Source: Candidatus Latescibacterota bacterium (lineage in GTDB: Bacteria; Latescibacterota; UBA2968). Taken from it: a DNA stretch of 64,000 nucleotides. The first letter of the stretch is position 1. Every line of letters begins with the position of its first letter. A model generated the notes under the pieces. That model saw only the letters and a list, made by a program, of their open reading frames with translations. It was not told the origin of the DNA and did not search any database. The position numbers and the translations under genes are program-made. Positions 59,432-64,000 of this stretch are shown piece after piece. The stretch is from assembly GCA_965204745.1 (NCBI GenBank), contig OZ242010.1:1216001-1280000 (forward strand), in the 5' to 3' direction.

Positions 59432-62400
59432 ATGCGTGTATCGTGGTGTTTTTTGGTGGTCATGTGGAGTGCGTGTTCGGTTGCGGCTCAGGATTTGGGC
59501 AGTTTGACGGGAAGAGTGGGCGATGAGACCGGCGAGGCGTTGTTCGGCGCCAACATCGTGGTCAAAGGCCCTGCTATTGAAGGCAGGCGAGGCGCGATTA
59601 CAGACGCACAGGGGTATTACCTCATCGACCAGTTGCCGGAGGGGATTTACGAACTCACCATCAGTTATATCGGGTACGAAACGCGCACGGTGCCCAATGT
59701 GGAAATTCGCGCGGGCGAGCGCGTGACGCGAGATTTTGTTTTGACCGCTGTATCGCTGGTCGGGCAACAAGTTGTGGTATCCGCATCGCGCAAACGCGAA
59801 AAGGCCCTGGACGCGCCTGCGTCAATTTCAATGGTCAATGCGGCTGAAATCAGAGATCGGCAGGTGTTGTCCGTCACCGAGCACGTCAAGGCCCTGCCCG
59901 GCGTGGATTATTCCCAAACCGGCATCTCGCAGGGCAACATGGTGGTTCGGGGGTTCAACAATGTATTTTCCGGCGCATTGCTCACGCTGGTCGATAACCG
60001 CATTGCCCGCATCCCGTCGTTGCGCTTCAACGCCTATCATCTGATCCCGGTGACCGGCGACGATATCGAGCGCATCGAGGTGGTCTTGGGGCCTGGGTCC
60101 GCGCTTTATGGGCCCAACAGCGCGCAAGGCGTGATGCACATTATCACGCGGTCGCCCATTGGGTCAGAGGGCAGTACGATTTCCATCTCGGGCGGGGAGC
60201 GCAGTTTGCGAAAGGTGTCGTTGCGCCATGCCAGCAGTTTTAATGACAAAGTGGGGATCAAAATTTCGGGTGGGTATTTTGCAGGTCACGATTGGGAATA
60301 TATCGATCCCCAAGAAGTGCGGTCTATACTCGAAGAAGCGCGGAATTTATCGGAAAATTGGGGAGATAACGATCCCCAAGAAGTGCAGGCTTTCTTTCGG
60401 AGGATTAAAAACGCACCGACCAGTCCTGAAGCAAGGCGGATGTTCCTCGAAAGAGGGAGGGAACTTCTCGACCGTGGGGAAAATGTCGATCTCGAAGAAG
60501 CGGATGCCCTCGGGTTTAATCCGCGCGATTACGATACCGCGCGCAGAATTGGGGAAATCAGGCTCGACTTTCGTCCCACCGATGAGTTGACTCTGATCGG
60601 GTCCGCGGGTTATACGAGCACGAACAGCCTTGAATTGACGGGCCTAGGCGCGGGCCAGGCCAAAGATTGGACGTATAATTTTCTGCAAGGGCGGATGCTC
60701 TATCGCGGGTGGTTTGCACAAATTTTCTACAACACGAGCAATGCCGGCGACACGAAGTTGCTCCTAACCGACGATGGCATTGTGGATAAGTCGCACTTGA
60801 TGGTCTTTCAACTGCAACACAGCGCGAGTTTGTGGAATAAACAACACTTTGCTTATGGCGTGGATGTGTTGCGGACCCGCCCCCAAACAGAGGGCACGGT
60901 CAATGGCTTCAACGAAGACAGGGATAATATCGACGAGTTTGGGCTTTACCTGCAAAGCGAGACGAATCTGACCGATCAACTCGAGGTGGTGTTGGCCGGG
61001 CGCATCGACAAGCACAACCACATCGACAACCCGGTTTTCTCGCCCCGCGCCGCGCTGGTGGTCAAGCCCTCGGTGGAAAACACCCTGCGCTTCACGTACA
61101 ACCGTGCGTTTGATACGCCCTCGACCTCCAACTTGTTTTTGGATCGGGTCGGTATCAAAGATGTTTATGGGCTAGCGGCACTCGGGCAGACAATCGATTT
61201 GCGCGCCCAAGGAACGGCTGGCGGGTTCACGTTTCGGCAAGAAAATGGCCTGCCCATGTTTCGGTCGGCCTTCGCGCCCTTGGCGGGGTTGTCAGCCGAT
61301 CACTATTTTGCCATGCACGATCCGCAAGCCACCAATTTGATGTGGCAGGTAGCGCGCGGGGCCATTTTAGCCGTGCTCGCGCCACAACTCGAGCCCCTCG
61401 CAACGGGTATTTTCACAGAGCAACTCGGCCTCCCGCCGGATCAAGCCACCGCAGTGGCGAAACAATTGGTGGCCGACTTTCCCAGAATTATTCCAGAGAC
61501 CCTGCCGAACTTGCAAAATAGCGCTGCGACGCTGAATACGGAAACGCGCGGTTTCGATCCCGTAACCGATCTCGCCAATGCGGTTACGGACATCAAAAAA
61601 ATCGAATCGACCATCACGGAAACCTTTGAGGTGGGGTACAAGGGCATCGTCAAAAACAAACTGATTTTGGCGGCGGATGTCTATCGCACCACGATCAAAA
61701 ATTTCGTCGGCCCATTGCGGATTGAAACGCCCAATGTGTTTCTCGAAGCCGGTTCGCTGACCGCTTCTCTCGAAGCGGGGTTGAACCAAACGCTCGCCGA
61801 TCCCGCCAATGCGAGCCTCGCCATCGCCGTGGGGCTTTTGGATCAACTCAATCAGCCGGATTTGGGATTGGTCGGCAATGGCAATGGGTCGGGCATCGAT
61901 GAGTTGACGCAGTTGTTCGTGTCCAATGCGGTGGGGATTCCCTTGGGCACCATCTCTGCGGAGCAGGCATCTGACCCGGCTGCGGTGATGGTGACGTACC
62001 GCAATTTCGGGCGCATCTCCCTCTACGGCGCGGACTTGTCCTTTGCGTATTATCCCAATGAGACATGGACGTTTATGGGCAACTACTCTTATGTCAGCGA
62101 GGATTTGTTCCCGGATTTGGACGATATCGGCGACATTGCCCTCAACGCGCCCCGGCACAAGTTCAACATCGGCGCGGAATGCAGATTGCCCAATACGCCG
62201 CTCACCCTTGGCGGAAAATTGCGCTATCGCGGGTCTTTCCCGATGAATTCGGGCGTGTATATGGGGCCTGTCGATTCCCATACCATCATAGATTTGAACG
62301 CCTCGTACCAGTTGCCGCTATCAAATGATCGCTTCAAACTCATCTTGAGTGCGGAAGCCAACAATTTGCTGAACGAGAAATACCGATCCTTTGTCGGCGC

Positions 62401-62449
62401 GCCCCTGATCGGACGCATGCTTTCAGGCGGCCTAACGGTCCGATTCTAA
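59432..62449 (+). CDS. TonB-dependent receptor with N-terminal carboxypeptidase-regulatory-like domain
   Basis: Signal peptide, VVVSASR, IERIEVVLGPGSALYG, NLLNEKY and terminal F. Confidence 0.93.
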   Translation: MRVSWCFLVVMWSACSVAAQDLGSLTGRVGDETGEALFGANIVVKGPAIEGRRGAITDAQGYYLIDQLPEGIYELTISYIGYETRTVPNVEIRAGERVTRDFVLTAVSLVGQQVVVSASRKREKALDAPASISMVNAAEIRDRQVLSVTEHVKALPGVDYSQTGISQGNMVVRGFNNVFSGALLTLVDNRIARIPSLRFNAYHLIPVTGDDIERIEVVLGPGSALYGPNSAQGVMHIITRSPIGSEGSTISISGGERSLRKVSLRHASSFNDKVGIKISGGYFAGHDWEYIDPQEVRSILEEARNLSENWGDNDPQEVQAFFRRIKNAPTSPEARRMFLERGRELLDRGENVDLEEADALGFNPRDYDTARRIGEIRLDFRPTDELTLIGSAGYTSTNSLELTGLGAGQAKDWTYNFLQGRMLYRGWFAQIFYNTSNAGDTKLLLTDDGIVDKSHLMVFQLQHSASLWNKQHFAYGVDVLRTRPQTEGTVNGFNEDRDNIDEFGLYLQSETNLTDQLEVVLAGRIDKHNHIDNPVFSPRAALVVKPSVENTLRFTYNRAFDTPSTSNLFLDRVGIKDVYGLAALGQTIDLRAQGTAGGFTFRQENGLPMFRSAFAPLAGLSADHYFAMHDPQATNLMWQVARGAILAVLAPQLEPLATGIFTEQLGLPPDQATAVAKQLVADFPRIIPETLPNLQNSAATLNTETRGFDPVTDLANAVTDIKKIESTITETFEVGYKGIVKNKLILAADVYRTTIKNFVGPLRIETPNVFLEAGSLTASLEAGLNQTLADPANASLAIAVGLLDQLNQPDLGLVGNGNGSGIDELTQLFVSNAVGIPLGTISAEQASDPAAVMVTYRNFGRISLYGADLSFAYYPNETWTFMGNYSYVSEDLFPDLDDIGDIALNAPRHKFNIGAECRLPNTPLTLGGKLRYRGSFPMNSGVYMGPVDSHTIIDLNASYQLPLSNDRFKLILSAEANNLLNEKYRSFVGAPLIGRMLSGGLTVRF

Positions 62450-62473
62450 TCCGCGTCACAACGCGAGTTGAAC

Positions 62474-62511
62474 AAAAAAAATCCGGGTCATTGCGACTCG
62501 GATTTTTTTTT
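62474..62511. terminator. Bidirectional terminator
   Basis: A8-TCCGGGTC/GACTCGGA-T9. Confidence 0.8.
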
Positions 62512-63012
62512 GCGCGAGGGGACCTATCCCCCGGCCCCTTTCCTACGAGGAAAGGGGAGTAAAGCTCCTTTGATGGCTTATCGCTCTGGTTGCTCTGATG
62601 GCGCTGACCGAGGGGACCTATCCCCCGGCCCCTTTCCTGCGAGGAAAGGGGAGTAAAGCTCCTTTGATGGCTTATCGCTCTAGTTGCTCTGATGACGCTG
62701 ACCGAGGGGACCTATCCCCCGGCCCCTTTCCTGCGAGGAAAGGGGAGTAAAGCTCCTTTGATGGCTTATCGCTCTAGTTGTTCTGATGGCGTTTTGCGAG
62801 GGCATAAAGCGATTAAAAATCCCTCATCAATACCCTCGCAAAACCGCTCACCGTTCCCCCCTTCCTCTAAGGAAGGGGGGTTAGGGGGGTAGGTCCCGAT
62901 AAGGAGCGAGTGTTTCAGTTTCTCAAACCGAGAGCATATTCGGCGATAGGCTTGATTTTCTCGATAAACCGCTCAAGCCAGTTGCTTTGCTCGTAAATGT
63001 CAACACAACCTA
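62511..63012. mobile_element. Modular IS5-derived MITE, one-ended copy E with three 94-bp tandem units
   Basis: Units start at 62516, 62610 and 62704; ends AAATGTCAACACAACC+TA. Confidence 0.83.
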
Positions 63013-63999
63013 CTGACCACTTGGGCGGTGGCGGGGTTGCCTCACCTCTCCCGTCTTACGTCTCACCGAAGGGAGTTGGGCGGGGTGGGACATCCGCGGT
63101 TGCTTTTTTTTCGCGATGAGGAGATCGATTTCAAACGCGCTGACCGGATAGGTGATGCCCCAGGTTTCGAGCACATGGGGATGGATTTCCCCGATGAGGC
63201 CGTAGGCGCGCTCGCCGTTGCGGATTTCGCCGCTACGCCCGGGCAAGAAGGTGGGATGGTCGATGGGGGCGATGGTGTAGTCGAAATTGAAGTAGTAGGC
63301 CAAGACCTCGAGATAGCTTTGAATGCCCGACAAATTGGCCTCGTCACTCGCTTCGAGGGCGCAGAGATGGATGTCTGTGCGCGTGCCGTAATTTTCATCG
63401 GGGGCGGGGGTGCCCACTTCGCCCACTTCAAAAATTCGGTGCGGATAGCGGGCGCGCCGGCTCGCGGCTTCGGTTTTGAGCAAGCCCGGTAGCAGGGAAG
63501 CGCGCAATGCGCCGTAGCTTTCGGACATGGGGTTGGAGATCGAAATGAGCTGCGCGTCTGGATTGTTCATGTCCTCGGTCTGCTCTCGTTGGGAACAGAG
63601 AATGGACAAAAAGACCTCTTGAAAGCCACTGCCGACCATGAGTTGGCGGAATCGATCCGATAGGTCTTCTTCGGGCGCGGCTTTGCCCAGTGTGAAATCC
63701 CGGGGCATTTCCGGTTCAAACGCGTCGTAGCCCACGCCGATGACGACGTCTTCCACGATATCCACGGGGTGCAAAATGTCGTCGCGATACGGTGCGGGGC
63801 GCGCGGTGACAGTGCGGTTGCCGAGGGTGATGTCGCGGTATCCCATCGCGTTGAGAGCCGTTTGAATCTGCGCCATTTCGATGTGCGACCCGACGACTGT
63901 GTGGATCTCGCGGACATCGACTCGCATGGGTTCGGTGAGGTCATACGGGCACGTCAGGGCGCGGCCACGCGGGGTGTCGTAGGCATAGCGCGTGGTGAC
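63010..63999 (-). CDS. pheT: Phenylalanine-tRNA ligase beta subunit, archaeal/spirochaete type; 5' end outside the window
   Basis: PYRDDILHPVDIVEDV, NPMSESY...LRASLLPGLL, IFEVGEV and GEIHPHVL; no C-terminal anticodon-binding domain. Confidence 0.9.
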   Translation of the reverse strand, partial: VTTRYAYDTPRGRALTCPYDLTEPMRVDVREIHTVVGSHIEMAQIQTALNAMGYRDITLGNRTVTARPAPYRDDILHPVDIVEDVVIGVGYDAFEPEMPRDFTLGKAAPEEDLSDRFRQLMVGSGFQEVFLSILCSQREQTEDMNNPDAQLISISNPMSESYGALRASLLPGLLKTEAASRRARYPHRIFEVGEVGTPAPDENYGTRTDIHLCALEASDEANLSGIQSYLEVLAYYFNFDYTIAPIDHPTFLPGRSGEIRNGERAYGLIGEIHPHVLETWGITYPVSAFEIDLLIAKKKQPRMSHPAQLPSVRRKTGEVRQPRHRPSGQ

Positions 64000-64000
64000 C

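Noticed and set aside
62516-62800. 94-bp tandem units with palindromes as a CRISPR array
   Set aside because: Whole units are near-identical with no unique spacers, no cas genes are present, and the units belong to the MITE.

Overview
64 kb of a high-GC diderm bacterial chromosome. Inference only: the dockerin-like 'NFADFLLFAAAFG' C-terminal domain, PorV-like remnant, sulfatases, GLUG/S8 surface proteins and archaeal-type PheRS fit a Latescibacterota/FCB-like, possibly host-associated lineage. The housekeeping and metabolic backbone comprises hrcA-grpE-dnaJ, glnA, ilvB with a leader-peptide attenuator, pheT, tRNA-His, tRNA-Arg, an ECF sigma/anti-sigma/Spy cluster, a DUF350-SpeE cluster, transporters and sulfatases. 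It is interleaved with a dense set of mobile and repeat DNA: an intact IS982 inside a PhyH gene, an IS903-group remnant, at least 7 full or partial copies of a modular IS5-derived MITE, REP-like palindromes, heptamer repeats and many short gene scars. Most notable: (1) a decayed IS110 whose bridge RNA can be read from the sequence. Its target guides spell the hairpin of the local MITE family, the element sits exactly at such a site, and a second inverted left end replaces the right end. (2) A promoter-driven, two-conformation structured RNA with tandem terminators leads an array of outer-membrane genes that share a near-identical 339-bp 5' module. All family calls come from motif recognition; no database search was run.
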